Positions 1 to 10,284 of a stretch of 64,000 bases of DNA are shown piece by piece. Position 1 is the stretch's first letter; every line of letters starts with the position of its first letter. The position numbers were made by a program, and so were the translations under genes. The DNA comes from Bacteroidaceae bacterium. Its GTDB lineage: Bacteria; Bacteroidota; Bacteroidia; Bacteroidales; Bacteroidaceae. The notes under the pieces were generated by a model. It was given only the letters and a program-made list of their open reading frames with translations. It searched no databases and had not been told where the DNA came from. The stretch is taken from positions 294 through 64,293 of the forward strand of contig JAZTWX010000001.1 of assembly GCA_045636125.1 (NCBI GenBank), in the 5' to 3' direction.

Positions 1-448
1 TGTAGTTGAGGATGGTGTTGTAACAGTTAAGTATGCCGATGTTGAGAAATACGACGAGGCTACAAAGCAGCAGCACGCTTTCCACGGCTTGTACAGAGCG
101 CTCATCAACAATATGGTTATCGGTGTTTCTACCGGTTTCAAGAAAGAGCTTGAGCTTGTTGGTGTAGGTTACCGTGTCAACGACAAACCCAACAACGCCA
201 TTGAGTTGTTACTTGGTTTTACTCACCCTATCTACATGCAGTTCCCTGCAGAGGTTAAGATTGAGACTAAATCTGAGAGAAATAAGAACCCTCTTATCAT
301 TTTGGAGTCTTGCAACAAAGAGTTGCTTGGTATGATTTGTGCAAAAATCCGCTCATTCCGCAAGCCTGAGCCTTACAAGGGTAAAGGTGTTAAGTTTGTT
401 GGCGAGATTATTCGTCGCAAGTCTGGTAAGTCGGCTGGTGCAAAATAA
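1..448 (+). CDS. rplF: 50S ribosomal protein L6, C-terminal part (5' end lies outside the window)
   Basis: Frame 2 is open from the window edge. The translation ...HGLYRALINNMVIGVSTGFKKELELVGVGYR... is L6-like, and the gene sits before L18/S5 as in the spc operon. The ORF-track start at 89 is an internal TTG. Confidence 0.9.
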   Translation, partial: VVEDGVVTVKYADVEKYDEATKQQHAFHGLYRALINNMVIGVSTGFKKELELVGVGYRVNDKPNNAIELLLGFTHPIYMQFPAEVKIETKSERNKNPLIILESCNKELLGMICAKIRSFRKPEPYKGKGVKFVGEIIRRKSGKSAGAK

Positions 449-468
449 TTCAGTAAAATCGTAAGTAT

Positions 469-810
469 ATGACAACAAAAATAGAAAGACGTACCAAGAT
501 TAAATATAGAGTGCGCAACAAGATTTCAGGTGTTGCCGAGCGCCCTCGTATGAGCGTGTTCCGCAGCAACAAGCAAATCTATGTTCAGATAATTAATGAC
601 CAGACAGGCCGTACATTGGCTGCTGCATCTTCTCTCGGTCTTGAGGCTATGCCCAAGAAAGAGCAGGCTGCAAAAGTAGGTGAGTTGATCGCTAAGAAGG
701 CTCAGGAGGCAGGTATCACAACCGTAGTCTTCGACCGTAACGGTTATCTTTACCATGGTAGAGTTAAAGAGGTAGCTGATGCTGCACGTAATGGTGGTCT
801 TAAATTCTAA
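469..810 (+). CDS. rplR: 50S ribosomal protein L18
   Basis: 113 aa. [31 protein letters not shown] and the C-terminal [19 protein letters not shown] are typical L18. Operon position fits. Confidence 0.95.
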   Translation: MTTKIERRTKIKYRVRNKISGVAERPRMSVFRSNKQIYVQIINDQTGRTLAAASSLGLEAMPKKEQAAKVGELIAKKAQEAGITTVVFDRNGYLYHGRVKEVADAARNGGLKF

Positions 811-817
811 TTGAACT

Positions 818-1333
818 ATGGCAATTAATAATAGAGTAAAAGTCGCAAACGACGTAGAATTGAAAGATAGATTGGTTGCTATCAACCGTGTAACCAAGGT
901 TACCAAGGGTGGTCGTACATTCAGTTTCTCAGCAATCGTTGTTGTTGGTAACGAGAATGGTATCATCGGCTACGGTCTTGGTAAAGCCAGCGAGGTTACA
1001 GCTGCCATTGCTAAAGGTGTAGAGGCCGCAAAGAAGAATCTGGTTCGCGTACCCGTTCTCAAAGGTACTGTTCCCCACGAGCAGTCAGCTCGTTTCGGTG
1101 GTGCTGAGGTTTTCATCAAGCCTGCATCACACGGTACAGGAGTGGTTGCCGGTGGCGCGATGCGTGCCGTTTTGGAGAGTGTTGGTATCACCGACGTACT
1201 TGCCAAGTCAAAGGGTTCTTCTAACCCCCACAACCTTGTTAAGGCTACAATCGCAGCTTTGAGCGAGATGCGCGACGCGCGTATGGTTGCTCAGAACAGA
1301 GGTATTAGCATGAGTAAAGTATTTAACGGATAA
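818..1333 (+). CDS. rpsE: 30S ribosomal protein S5
   Basis: 171 aa. [24 protein letters not shown]... is the S5 dsRBD signature. Operon position fits. Confidence 0.95.
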   Translation: MAINNRVKVANDVELKDRLVAINRVTKVTKGGRTFSFSAIVVVGNENGIIGYGLGKASEVTAAIAKGVEAAKKNLVRVPVLKGTVPHEQSARFGGAEVFIKPASHGTGVVAGGAMRAVLESVGITDVLAKSKGSSNPHNLVKATIAALSEMRDARMVAQNRGISMSKVFNG

Positions 1334-1345
1334 GGAGGATAAATA

Positions 1346-1525
1346 ATGGCTACAATTAAAATTAAACAAGTTAAGAGCCGCATTGGTGCTCCTAAGACTC
1401 AGAAGCTCACACTCGATCCGCTTGGCCTTACAAAGATGAATAAGGTTGTTGAGCGTCCCGATAACGCTTCAATCCGTGGAATGGTAAAGAAAGTTCAGCA
1501 TTTGGTTGCCATTGTTGAAGAGTAA
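1346..1525 (+). CDS. rpmD: 50S ribosomal protein L30
   Basis: Hand-translated 59-aa ORF, below the ORF-track cutoff: MATIKIKQVKSRIGAPKTQKLTLDPLGLTKMNKVVERPDNASIRGMVKKVQHLVAIVEE. It is L30-like and lies between rpsE and rplO. Confidence 0.9.
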   Translation: MATIKIKQVKSRIGAPKTQKLTLDPLGLTKMNKVVERPDNASIRGMVKKVQHLVAIVEE

Positions 1526-1547
1526 TTAATTAAAAAAAGATTTGGCT

Positions 1548-1994
1548 ATGAAATTAAATAACTTGAAGCCTGCCGAAGGCTCTGTCAAGGCTCGCAAAAG
1601 AATTGGACGTGGAACCGGTTCGGGTAGAGGTGGTACCTCAACCCGCGGTCACAAAGGTGCCAAGTCACGTTCGGGCTACTCTAAGAAGATTGGTTTCGAG
1701 GGTGGTCAGATGCCTTTGCAGCGTCGTGTTCCCAAGTTCGGCTTCAAAAACATCAATCGCGTAGAGTACAAAGCTATCAACCTTGCTACTCTCCAGGCTC
1801 TTGCAGAGAACAAGTCTTTGGAGACTATCAACATTGAGGTTTTGGTAGCTGCAGGTTTCATCTCATCTACACAGCTTGTGAAGATTCTTGCTAATGGTAC
1901 TTTGACAGCAAAATTGACCGTAGAGGCTCACGCTTTCTCACAGAAAGCTATCGAGGCTATCGAGGCAGTAGGTGGAACAGTAGTAAAGCTTTAA
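1548..1994 (+). CDS. rplO: 50S ribosomal protein L15
   Basis: MKLNNLKPAEGSVKARKRIGRGTGSGRGGTSTRGHKG is the L15 N-terminus. I use ATG 1548 rather than the track's TTG at 1542. Confidence 0.93.
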   Translation: MKLNNLKPAEGSVKARKRIGRGTGSGRGGTSTRGHKGAKSRSGYSKKIGFEGGQMPLQRRVPKFGFKNINRVEYKAINLATLQALAENKSLETINIEVLVAAGFISSTQLVKILANGTLTAKLTVEAHAFSQKAIEAIEAVGGTVVKL

Positions 1995-1997
1995 GAG

Positions 1998-3347
1998 ATG
2001 GCAAATAAACAATCAAACCGTAAGTTCATCCAGACTATCAAAAATATCTGGAAGATAGAGGATCTGCGAGTGCGCATTGGCATTACATTGCTTTTGGTCG
2101 CCATTTACAGATTTGGTTCGTACGTGGTGCTTCCTGGTATCGATCCCGCTATGCTCACACGTTTACAAGAACAAACAAGTGGTGGTTTGATGTCTCTGCT
2201 GGATATGTTCTCGGGTGGTGCATTCTCAAATGCATCTATCTTTGCCCTGGGTATTATGCCCTACATCTCGGCTTCAATCGTAATTCAGCTTTTGGCTATC
2301 GCTGTACCTTATTTCCAGAAGTTGCAGCGCGAGGGTGAGAGCGGCCGTCGCAAGATTAACCAGTACACACGTTATTTGACTGTGCTGATTCTTCTTATCC
2401 AAGGTCCCTCATATCTCCTCAACCTGCGTTACACTGCAGGTGCGGCCTTGAGCAGTTCGATTGACTGGAACGCATTTATGATTACCTCTACCATTATCCT
2501 TGCGGCAGGTAGTATGTTCGTTCTATGGTTGGGCGAGCGTATCACCGACAAGGGTATCGGTAACGGTGTATCACTCATAATTATGATAGGTATTATCGCA
2601 CGTTTGCCGCAGGCTTTCATTCAGGAGTTCACCTCCAGAATGAGTGCTGCGACAGGTGGCGGTATCATAATGTTCCTCTTCGAGGTGGTATTCCTGTTCT
2701 TTGTAATATGTGCCGGAGTTGCATTGTTGCGCGGTACCCGCAAGGTGCCTGTGCAGTATGCCAAGCAGGCGGCAGGCGGTGCCTCTTTCAGCGGCGCACG
2801 TCAGTACCTGCCCCTCAAGGTTAACGCAGCTAATGTGATGCCCATCATCTTTGCTCAGGCAATTATGTTCATCCCCTTGGCATTTATGCGTTACGGTGCC
2901 GACTCTGAGCCCTCTGCATTCGTGCAGTTGTTACAGGATACAACAGGTTGGTTGTATAACCTCATATTTGCGTTGCTCATCATATTGTTCACCTATTTCT
3001 ACACAGCGATTACCATTAATCCTATGCAGATGGCCGATGATATGAAACGCAATAACGGTTTCATCCCCGGTATCAAACCCGGCAAGCCCACCGCAGAATA
3101 TATTGATACGATTATGTCGCGCCTGACCCTTCCCGGCTCATTATTCCTTGCAGCGATAGCAATATTGCCCGCATTTGCAGGAATATTCGGAGTTCAGCAG
3201 GAGTTTGCATCATTCTTTGGAGGAACATCGCTCCTCATCCTTGTAGGTGTTGTCCTCGACACACTGCAGCAGGTAGAGAGCTATCTCCTCATGAGACACT
3301 ATGATGGCTTGCTCAGCTCGGGCCGCATCAAAGGTCGTATAGGTTAA
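1998..3347 (+). CDS. secY: preprotein translocase subunit SecY
   Basis: 449 aa and multi-TM. GSYVVLPGID..., FALGIMPYISASIVIQLL and the RKINQYTRYLT motif are present. Position after rplO fits. Confidence 0.97.
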   Translation: MANKQSNRKFIQTIKNIWKIEDLRVRIGITLLLVAIYRFGSYVVLPGIDPAMLTRLQEQTSGGLMSLLDMFSGGAFSNASIFALGIMPYISASIVIQLLAIAVPYFQKLQREGESGRRKINQYTRYLTVLILLIQGPSYLLNLRYTAGAALSSSIDWNAFMITSTIILAAGSMFVLWLGERITDKGIGNGVSLIIMIGIIARLPQAFIQEFTSRMSAATGGGIIMFLFEVVFLFFVICAGVALLRGTRKVPVQYAKQAAGGASFSGARQYLPLKVNAANVMPIIFAQAIMFIPLAFMRYGADSEPSAFVQLLQDTTGWLYNLIFALLIILFTYFYTAITINPMQMADDMKRNNGFIPGIKPGKPTAEYIDTIMSRLTLPGSLFLAAIAILPAFAGIFGVQQEFASFFGGTSLLILVGVVLDTLQQVESYLLMRHYDGLLSSGRIKGRIG

Positions 3348-3362
3348 TTTGTAGAGCTAAGA

Positions 3363-4160
3363 ATGATATTTCTTAAAACATCAGACGAAATTGAGTTACT
3401 TCGGCAGGCCAATCTGCTCGTGGGTAGAACGCTTGCCGAAGTTGCTAAAATAATTGAGCCGGGTGTAACAACCGCGCAACTCGACAGAGTAGCCGAGGAG
3501 TTCATCCGCGACAACGGAGCAATACCCACGTTCAAGGGCTATCCCAACTACGAGGGCACTCCCTTTCCGGGCTCCATCTGTGCATCGGTAAACGATGTTG
3601 TGGTTCACGGAATACCCAACGACATCCCCTTGAAGGAGGGCGATATAATATCGGTCGATTGTGGTACCCGCTTGAACGGTTTTTGTGGCGATTCGTGCTA
3701 CACTTTCTGTGTAGGCGAGGTCGACGAAGCAACAAAGAAATTGTTGCAGGTGACAAAGGAGTCGCTCTATAAAGGTATTGAACAGGCAGTTCACGGTAAA
3801 CGCCTCGGAGACATAGGCAATGCAGTGCAGACTCATTGCGAACAGAACGGTTTCGGAGTTGTACGTGAATTTGTGGGACACGGCATAGGCCGCGAAATGC
3901 ACGAAGCTCCTGAGGTGCCCAACTACGGGCGTCGAGGAAACGGCTTGCAGTTGCGTCAGGGAATGTGCCTCGCCATTGAGCCTATGATAACACTTGGGAA
4001 ACGCCAGATATTTATGGAGCGCGACGGTTGGACAGTGCGCACCCGCGATCGCAAGAACGCAGCGCATTTCGAACACACCGTAGCAGTAGGAAAGAACGGA
4101 GCAGACATACTCTCCTCTTTTGAATTTGTTGAAGAGGTTTTAAGAAAAAAAGGATATTGA
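3363..4160 (+). CDS. map: type I methionine aminopeptidase
   Basis: 265 aa. Metal-ligand blocks VVHGIP, DCG...[16 protein letters not shown] and LAIEPM are present. Confidence 0.95.
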   Translation: MIFLKTSDEIELLRQANLLVGRTLAEVAKIIEPGVTTAQLDRVAEEFIRDNGAIPTFKGYPNYEGTPFPGSICASVNDVVVHGIPNDIPLKEGDIISVDCGTRLNGFCGDSCYTFCVGEVDEATKKLLQVTKESLYKGIEQAVHGKRLGDIGNAVQTHCEQNGFGVVREFVGHGIGREMHEAPEVPNYGRRGNGLQLRQGMCLAIEPMITLGKRQIFMERDGWTVRTRDRKNAAHFEHTVAVGKNGADILSSFEFVEEVLRKKGY

Positions 4161-4161
4161 T

Positions 4162-4380
4162 ATGGCTAAACAAAGCGCTATTGAACAAGACGGTACAATT
4201 GTAGAGGCGTTGTCTAACGCAATGTTCCGCGTAGAATTGCAGAATGGTCACGAAGTGATTGCGCACATCTCAGGTAAGATGAGAATGCACTACATTAAAA
4301 TTCTGCCCGGTGACAAAGTGAGAATAGAAATGTCTCCCTATGATTTAACCAAAGGAAGAATCGTATTCCGATATAAATAA
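4162..4380 (+). CDS. infA: translation initiation factor IF-1
   Basis: 72 aa. [43 protein letters not shown] is an S1-like IF-1 fold. Confidence 0.97.
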   Translation: MAKQSAIEQDGTIVEALSNAMFRVELQNGHEVIAHISGKMRMHYIKILPGDKVRIEMSPYDLTKGRIVFRYK

Positions 4381-4393
4381 AAAACAATATAAT

Positions 4394-4510
4394 ATGAAAG
4401 TTAAAGCATCTATTAAGAAACGCACTCCCGACTGCAAAATCGTTCGCAGAAACGGTCGTTTGTATTTGATTAACAAGAAGAATCCCAAGTTCAAACTGCG
4501 TCAGGGGTAA
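4394..4510 (+). CDS. rpmJ: 50S ribosomal protein L36
   Basis: Hand-translated 38-aa ORF: [38 protein letters not shown]. It lies between infA and rpsM. Confidence 0.9.
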   Translation: MKVKASIKKRTPDCKIVRRNGRLYLINKKNPKFKLRQG

Positions 4511-4540
4511 TTAAAGTAGTAATTAATAATATATTCGTAT

Positions 4541-4921
4541 ATGGCTATAAGAATAGTTGGTGTAGACATCCCTCAGAACAAGAGAGGTGAGATTGCGTTG
4601 ACATACATTTATGGTATCGGACGCAGCAGTGCAGCCAAAATCCTCGATAAAGCTGGTGTAGACAGAAACATGAAGGTTCAGGAGTGGACCGATGATATGG
4701 CTGCAAAAGTTCGTGAGATTATTGGTGCAGAGTTTAAGGTAGAAGGTGACCTTCGTTCAGAAATTCAGTTGAACATCAAACGATTGATGGATATTGGTTG
4801 CTATCGTGGCATTCGTCACCGTAACGGTTTGCCCGTTCGTGGCCAGAGCACAAAGAACAACGCTCGTACACGTAAGGGTCGCAAGAAGACGGTTGCTAAC
4901 AAGAAAAAAGCTACAAAATAA
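4541..4921 (+). CDS. rpsM: 30S ribosomal protein S13
   Basis: 126 aa. [35 protein letters not shown] is the S13 N-terminus. Confidence 0.96.
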   Translation: MAIRIVGVDIPQNKRGEIALTYIYGIGRSSAAKILDKAGVDRNMKVQEWTDDMAAKVREIIGAEFKVEGDLRSEIQLNIKRLMDIGCYRGIRHRNGLPVRGQSTKNNARTRKGRKKTVANKKKATK

Positions 4922-4934
4922 TAAGTAAGTAAAT

Positions 4935-5324
4935 ATGGCAAAGAAAACAGTTGCAACAAAGAAAAGAAATGTGAAGGTAGGAGCCAACGGTCAGCTTCAC
5001 GTTCATTCGTCATTTAACAATATCATTGTTTGCCTTACTAATGACGAGGGCCAGGTTATCTCTTGGTCGTCTGCAGGAAAGATGGGCTTCAGAGGTTCTA
5101 AGAAGAACACTCCCTACGCTGCTCAGATGGCAGCAGAGGCTTGCTCTAAGATCGCATTCGACTTGGGCTTGCGCAAAGTAAAAGCATATGTAAAAGGACC
5201 CGGTAACGGTCGTGAATCAGCAATCCGCACTGTACACGGTGCAGGTATCGAGGTTACAGAGATCATTGACGTAACACCGCTGCCCCACAACGGCTGCCGT
5301 CCTCCCAAGAGAAGAAGAGTATAA
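4935..5324 (+). CDS. rpsK: 30S ribosomal protein S11
   Basis: 129 aa. [27 protein letters not shown]...[16 protein letters not shown] is S11-like. Confidence 0.96.
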   Translation: MAKKTVATKKRNVKVGANGQLHVHSSFNNIIVCLTNDEGQVISWSSAGKMGFRGSKKNTPYAAQMAAEACSKIAFDLGLRKVKAYVKGPGNGRESAIRTVHGAGIEVTEIIDVTPLPHNGCRPPKRRRV

Positions 5325-5345
5325 TCATTTTAACAAGAAATTACA

Positions 5346-5954
5346 ATGGCAAGATATACAGGACCTAAAAGCAAGATTGCACGTCGTTTCGGTGAGCCCA
5401 TCTTCGGTGCCGACAAAGTGCTTTCTAAGAAAAACTATGCTCCCGGTATGCACGGAAACAACCGTCGTCGCAAGACATCGGAGTACGGCGTGATGTTGGC
5501 CGAGAAGCAGAAAGCAAAGTACACTTACGGAGTATTGGAGCGTCAGTTCCGTAACACATTCGACAAAGCCGATTCAGCTCCCGGTATCACCGGTGAGGTG
5601 CTTTTGCAGTTGTTGGAGTCTCGTTTGGACAATATCGTTTATCGTTTGGGCATTGCTCCCACCCGTGCAGCTGCACGTCAGTTGGTAAGCCACTGCCACA
5701 TCGTTGTTGGCGGTAAGGTTTGTAACGTTGCTTCACGCATCATCAAAGCAGGTCAGATCGTAGGTGTTCGCGAGCGTTCTAAATCTCTCGAGGTTATCCA
5801 GAACTCATTGGCAGGTCTCAACCACAGCAAGTATCCTTGGTTGGAGTGGGACCAGTCTTCAATGGCAGGTAAGTTCTTGAACATGCCCGAGCGTTCAGAG
5901 ATCCCCGAGAATATCAAGGAGCAGTTAATCGTTGAGTTGTACAGCAAAAATTAA
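5346..5954 (+). CDS. rpsD: 30S ribosomal protein S4
   Basis: 202 aa. [21 protein letters not shown] and the S4 RNA-binding domain ([24 protein letters not shown]) are present. Confidence 0.96.
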   Translation: MARYTGPKSKIARRFGEPIFGADKVLSKKNYAPGMHGNNRRRKTSEYGVMLAEKQKAKYTYGVLERQFRNTFDKADSAPGITGEVLLQLLESRLDNIVYRLGIAPTRAAARQLVSHCHIVVGGKVCNVASRIIKAGQIVGVRERSKSLEVIQNSLAGLNHSKYPWLEWDQSSMAGKFLNMPERSEIPENIKEQLIVELYSKN

Positions 5955-5963
5955 TACTAAGTA

Positions 5964-6956
5964 ATGGCGATATTAACATTTCAAAAACCTGAAAAGGTTG
6001 TAATGTTGGAGGCAAACGACTTTTATGGAAAGTTCGAGTTTCGTCCCTTGGAACCCGGTTTTGCAACAACCGTAGGTAACGCATTGCGCCGCATCCTTCT
6101 CTCTTCATTGGAGGGTTTTGCAATCAACACCATAAAGATTGCAGGTGTGGAGCACGAGTTTGCCACAGTTCCCGGTGTGAAGGAAGATGTTACCAACATT
6201 ATCCTCAACCTCAAACAGGTACGTTTCAAAAGAATTGTTGAGGAGTTCGAAACCGAAACTGTCTCAATCAATGTAGAGAACACAGAGGTATTTACCGCTG
6301 GCGAAATAGGTAAGTATTTAACCGGATTTGAAGTGTTAAATCCCGAGTTAGTCATTTGCCATTTAGACTCATCGGCTAAAATGCAGATTGAAATCAGCAT
6401 CAACAAGGGTCGCGGTTACGTGCCCTCGGATGAGAATCGTGAGTATTGCACCGATCCTATGATGATTCCAATCGACTCGATATACACTCCTATTGTAAAC
6501 GTAAATTACCGTCGTGAGCCCTTCCGCGTAGAGCAGAAGACCGACTACGATTGCTTGGTAATTGAAATTACAACCGATGGTTCTATACACCCGAAGGAGG
6601 CTTTGAAAGAGGCCGCAAAAATCCTTATCTACCACTTCATGTTGTTCTCTGACGAGAAGATCGCTATCGAATCGGCAGACATCGACGGCAATGAAGAGTT
6701 CGACGAGGAAGTATTGCATATGCGTCAGTTGCTCAAGACCAAGTTGGTTGATATGAACCTTTCAGTTCGTGCACTCAACTGCTTGAAGGCAGCCGATGTA
6801 GAGACCCTCGGTCAGCTTGTACAGTACAACAAGACCGACCTTCTCAAATTCCGTAACTTCGGTAAGAAATCGCTCACTGAGCTTGATGATTTGCTCGAGA
6901 GTCTGAATCTTTCGTTTGGAACCGATATTTCAAAATATAAATTAGACAAAGAATAA
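5964..6956 (+). CDS. rpoA: DNA-directed RNA polymerase subunit alpha
   Basis: 330 aa. [24 protein letters not shown] is the N-terminal domain. [21 protein letters not shown] is the C-terminal domain HhH. Confidence 0.97.
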   Translation: MAILTFQKPEKVVMLEANDFYGKFEFRPLEPGFATTVGNALRRILLSSLEGFAINTIKIAGVEHEFATVPGVKEDVTNIILNLKQVRFKRIVEEFETETVSINVENTEVFTAGEIGKYLTGFEVLNPELVICHLDSSAKMQIEISINKGRGYVPSDENREYCTDPMMIPIDSIYTPIVNVNYRREPFRVEQKTDYDCLVIEITTDGSIHPKEALKEAAKILIYHFMLFSDEKIAIESADIDGNEEFDEEVLHMRQLLKTKLVDMNLSVRALNCLKAADVETLGQLVQYNKTDLLKFRNFGKKSLTELDDLLESLNLSFGTDISKYKLDKE

Positions 6957-6958
6957 TT

Positions 6959-7444
6959 ATGAGACATAAAAAATCTTTTAACCACCTGGGCCGTACTGCA
7001 TCTCACAGAAAAGCTATGCTTTCAAATATGGCTATCTCGTTGATCATGCACAAAAGAATCACTACGACCCTCCCCAAGGCAAAAGAACTCAAAAAGTTCC
7101 TTGAGCCCCTTATCACAAAGTCAAAAGACGACACAACCAATTCTCGTCGCGTAGTGTTCAGCTACTTGCAGAGCAAGGAGGCCGTTACAGAACTCTTCAA
7201 GGAGATTGCTGTAAAGGTTGCCGAGCGCCCCGGTGGCTACACACGCATCATCAAGCTTGGTACACGTCCTGGTGACGCAGCCGAGATGTGCTTCATCGAG
7301 CTCGTTGACTACAATGAGAATATGGCTAAGGCTCCCGCTAAGAAGACACGCCGTCGCCGTTCTACAAAGAAGGCTGATGCCCCCGTTGTAGAGGAGACAG
7401 CAGTAGCAACTGAAGAGCCCGCTACTACAGCCGTTGCTGAATAA
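6959..7444 (+). CDS. rplQ: 50S ribosomal protein L17 (with acidic/Ala-rich C-terminal tail)
   Basis: 161 aa. [25 protein letters not shown] is the L17 N-terminus. It is the last gene of the alpha operon. Confidence 0.95.
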   Translation: MRHKKSFNHLGRTASHRKAMLSNMAISLIMHKRITTTLPKAKELKKFLEPLITKSKDDTTNSRRVVFSYLQSKEAVTELFKEIAVKVAERPGGYTRIIKLGTRPGDAAEMCFIELVDYNENMAKAPAKKTRRRRSTKKADAPVVEETAVATEEPATTAVAE

Positions 7445-7465
7445 AAAATTACTTACTTAATAGAT

Positions 7466-7503
7466 GTGAGAGGATGCCGTGAGGCATCCTCTCATTTTTT
7501 TTG
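7466..7503 (+). terminator. rho-independent terminator after rplQ
   Basis: Stem gagaggatgcc (7468-7478), loop gtga, stem ggcatcctctc (7483-7493), then aTTTTTTTT. Confidence 0.85.
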
Positions 7504-7624
7504 CCGGTGGAGTGGTGTGGCTGCTCTCTTTCAAATAGTTGCCTGCCACAGCTTTTTCTTGTTGTAAAAATAGTTTGTACACGTTATTTTGTATTAAAAA
7601 GTTTATAAATACAGAAAAAAACTG

Positions 7625-7632
7625 TAAATTTG
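7625..7632 (+). promoter_or_regulatory. Bacteroidota -7 promoter motif (TAnnTTTG) upstream of nqrA
   Basis: TAAATTTG lies 34 nt before the nqrA ATG. The match is to the consensus only. Confidence 0.45.
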
Positions 7633-7665
7633 TGGCGTATAATGTACTAACGTAACTCAATTTAT

Positions 7666-9015
7666 ATGCACAGAGTCGTAAAAATTTGTAAAGGATTGGA
7701 TATCAATCTCAAAGGTGCTCCCGTTGCAGAATTCACAACAGTTGCCGATGCTAAGCTCTATGCTTTGCAGCCGGCCGATTTCACACGCGTAACTCCCAAG
7801 GTGGTAGTTAAGGCAGGTGATAGCGTGAAGGCAGGCGAGCCTTTGTTCGTTGATAAGAATTGTCCTGAAATGCAATTCGTTTCGCCCGTTAGCGGAACTG
7901 TTGCAGCGGTTAACCGCGGTGAGAGAAGACGCGTACTCAGCGTCGTAGTAGAGTCGGACGGCAAGTTCGAGTCGGTGGAGTACAAGGCAAAAGATGTTCT
8001 TTCGCTTTCGGCCCAGGAAGTAAAGGCCGACCTGTTGAAAGCCGGTATCTTTGCATTTATGCGCCAGCGCCCCTACGATGTAATTGCCAGCCCCAGTGAT
8101 TCACCCCGTGCCATCTTCGTGTCGGCATTCGACTCGAAACCCTTGGCAGTGGACTTTGAGGTTGCACTCAAAGGCAACGAAGAAGACTTCCAGACAGGTC
8201 TCGATGCACTTTCCCGCATCGCACCCGTATACTTGGGAGTATCGGCAAGCCAGAAGGCTGCTGCGTTGAGCGTTGCAAAGAACGTGACAACCACAATCTT
8301 CAAAGGTCCTCACCCCGCAGGTAACGTAGGTGTACAGATCAACCACGTCGCTCCCGTAAACAAGGGCGAGATTGTGTGGACCATCGGTGCCGAGGAGGTA
8401 ATCTTCATCGGTCGTCTCTTCAACAAGGGAAAAGTCGATTTCACACGTACCATTGCACTTGCAGGTAGCGAGGTCAAGAATCCCTCTTACAGCAAAGTAA
8501 TTCTCGGTGCACAGATAAGCAACCTCGTTGCAGGCCGCTTGAACAACGAGAACCCCTTGCGCGTAATCGACGGCAACGTGCTCACCGGCAAGCCCACAAC
8601 AATCGACGGCTTCCTTGGCGCGTTCTCAACCGAAATAACCGTAATCCCCGAAATTATGGGCGGCGACGAAGCATTCGGTTGGATAGCACCCCGTTTCTCA
8701 ATGTTCAGCACCAGCCGCAGCTATTTCAGCTGGCTCACCCCCAAGCGCAAATACACCATCGATGCCCGCATCAAGGGTGGCGAGCGCCATATGATCATGT
8801 CAAACGAGTACGGCAAAGTATTCCCCATGGACATCTACCCCGAATACCTCATCAAAGCCATCATCACCGGTAATATCGACAAGATGGAAGAGCTTGGTAT
8901 CTACGAGGTTGCGCCCGAGGACTTTGCACTCTGCGAGTTTGTCGACTCATCGAAACTTGAATTGCAACGCATCGTGCGTGAGGGCTTGGACAAGCTCCGT
9001 GCCGAAATGTGCTGA
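7666..9015 (+). CDS. nqrA: Na+-translocating NADH:quinone oxidoreductase subunit A
   Basis: 449 aa. The N-terminus (KGLDINLKGAP) is NqrA-like. It is the first gene of a six-gene nqr cluster. Confidence 0.9.
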   Translation: MHRVVKICKGLDINLKGAPVAEFTTVADAKLYALQPADFTRVTPKVVVKAGDSVKAGEPLFVDKNCPEMQFVSPVSGTVAAVNRGERRRVLSVVVESDGKFESVEYKAKDVLSLSAQEVKADLLKAGIFAFMRQRPYDVIASPSDSPRAIFVSAFDSKPLAVDFEVALKGNEEDFQTGLDALSRIAPVYLGVSASQKAAALSVAKNVTTTIFKGPHPAGNVGVQINHVAPVNKGEIVWTIGAEEVIFIGRLFNKGKVDFTRTIALAGSEVKNPSYSKVILGAQISNLVAGRLNNENPLRVIDGNVLTGKPTTIDGFLGAFSTEITVIPEIMGGDEAFGWIAPRFSMFSTSRSYFSWLTPKRKYTIDARIKGGERHMIMSNEYGKVFPMDIYPEYLIKAIITGNIDKMEELGIYEVAPEDFALCEFVDSSKLELQRIVREGLDKLRAEMC

Positions 9016-9084
9016 TACGGATAATCGCCCCGCAACACCCCGCGGGCGGTGCTAACAAATAAAGCAAACAAAAAAACACATCTT

Positions 9085-10278
9085 ATGAAATTTTTGAGAA
9101 ACTATCTTGATAAGATTAAGCCCAATTTCGAGAAGGGCGGCAAGCTGCAAGCTTTCCGTTCGGTATTCGACGGAATGGAGACTTTCCTTTTCGTGCCCAA
9201 CGATACATCGAAAAGCGGTGTTAACATTCACGATGCGATAGACAGCAAGCGCATTATGTCGCTTGTAGTTATTGCACTTCTTCCGGCACTCTTGTTCGGA
9301 ATGTATAACTTGGGTTACCAGAATGCACTTGCAGCAGGTAAACTCGCCGAGACATCAATGTTGCAAATGTTCCTCTTCGGTCTTGCCATCACTCTCCCCA
9401 AAATCATCGTAGCCTACCTCGTAGGTTTGGGAATCGAGTTCACCGTAGCACAGTGGAAGAACGAGGAGATTCACGAGGGCTTCCTCGTTTCGGGTATCCT
9501 CATCCCTATGATCGTTCCCGCAGGCTGCCCCCTTTGGGTGCTTGCAGTAGCAACAGCCTTCTCGGTAATCTTTGCAAAAGAGGTATTCGGTGGTACAGGT
9601 ATGAACATTGTAAACGTGGCACTCATTGCCCGTGCGTTCATCTTCTTCGCCTATCCCTCGGTAATCTCGGGTGAGAATGTATGGGTAGCCACCGACTCAA
9701 TCTTCGGTCTCGGCTACGACCTTCCCGACGGTTACACCTGCGCAACAGCGCTTCAGTTCATGAACTCCGGCCAGGAAATCCTTGGTGCAACAGGCGCTCA
9801 GCTCTCGCTTTGCGATATGATAAGCGGTCTTATGCCCGGTTCAATTGGTGAGACAAGCGTCATTGCCATCGCCCTTGGTGCCGCTCTCCTCTTGTGGACA
9901 GGCGTTGCCAGCTGGAAGATTATGGCAAGCGTGTTCGTAGGCGGTATCGCAATGATTCTTCTCTTCACAGGTCTTGTACCCGAGAACCCCGCATTGCAGC
10001 AGCCCTTCTACACACATCTCCTTCTCGGCGGTTTCTGCTTCGGAGCAGTCTTCATGGCTACCGACCCCGTTACAGCAGCCCGCACCGAGACAGGTAAATA
10101 CATCTACGGCTTCGGAATCGGCGCAATGGCAATCCTCATCCGCGTCTTCAACCCCGGTTACCCCGAGGGTATGATGCTTGCCATCCTTCTTATGAACGTA
10201 ACAGCGCCCTTCATCGATTATTGCGTAGTTCAGTCAAATGTAAAGGCACGCGCCAAACGTCTAACCAAAAAGAACTAA
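9085..10278 (+). CDS. nqrB: Na+-NQR subunit B
   Basis: Polytopic membrane protein. MKFLRNYLDKIKPNFEKGGKL is a typical NqrB start, so ATG 9085 is preferred over the track start at 9049. MATDPVTAA is an RnfD/NqrB family block. Confidence 0.9.
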   Translation: MKFLRNYLDKIKPNFEKGGKLQAFRSVFDGMETFLFVPNDTSKSGVNIHDAIDSKRIMSLVVIALLPALLFGMYNLGYQNALAAGKLAETSMLQMFLFGLAITLPKIIVAYLVGLGIEFTVAQWKNEEIHEGFLVSGILIPMIVPAGCPLWVLAVATAFSVIFAKEVFGGTGMNIVNVALIARAFIFFAYPSVISGENVWVATDSIFGLGYDLPDGYTCATALQFMNSGQEILGATGAQLSLCDMISGLMPGSIGETSVIAIALGAALLLWTGVASWKIMASVFVGGIAMILLFTGLVPENPALQQPFYTHLLLGGFCFGAVFMATDPVTAARTETGKYIYGFGIGAMAILIRVFNPGYPEGMMLAILLMNVTAPFIDYCVVQSNVKARAKRLTKKN

Positions 10279-10284
10279 TGAGAT

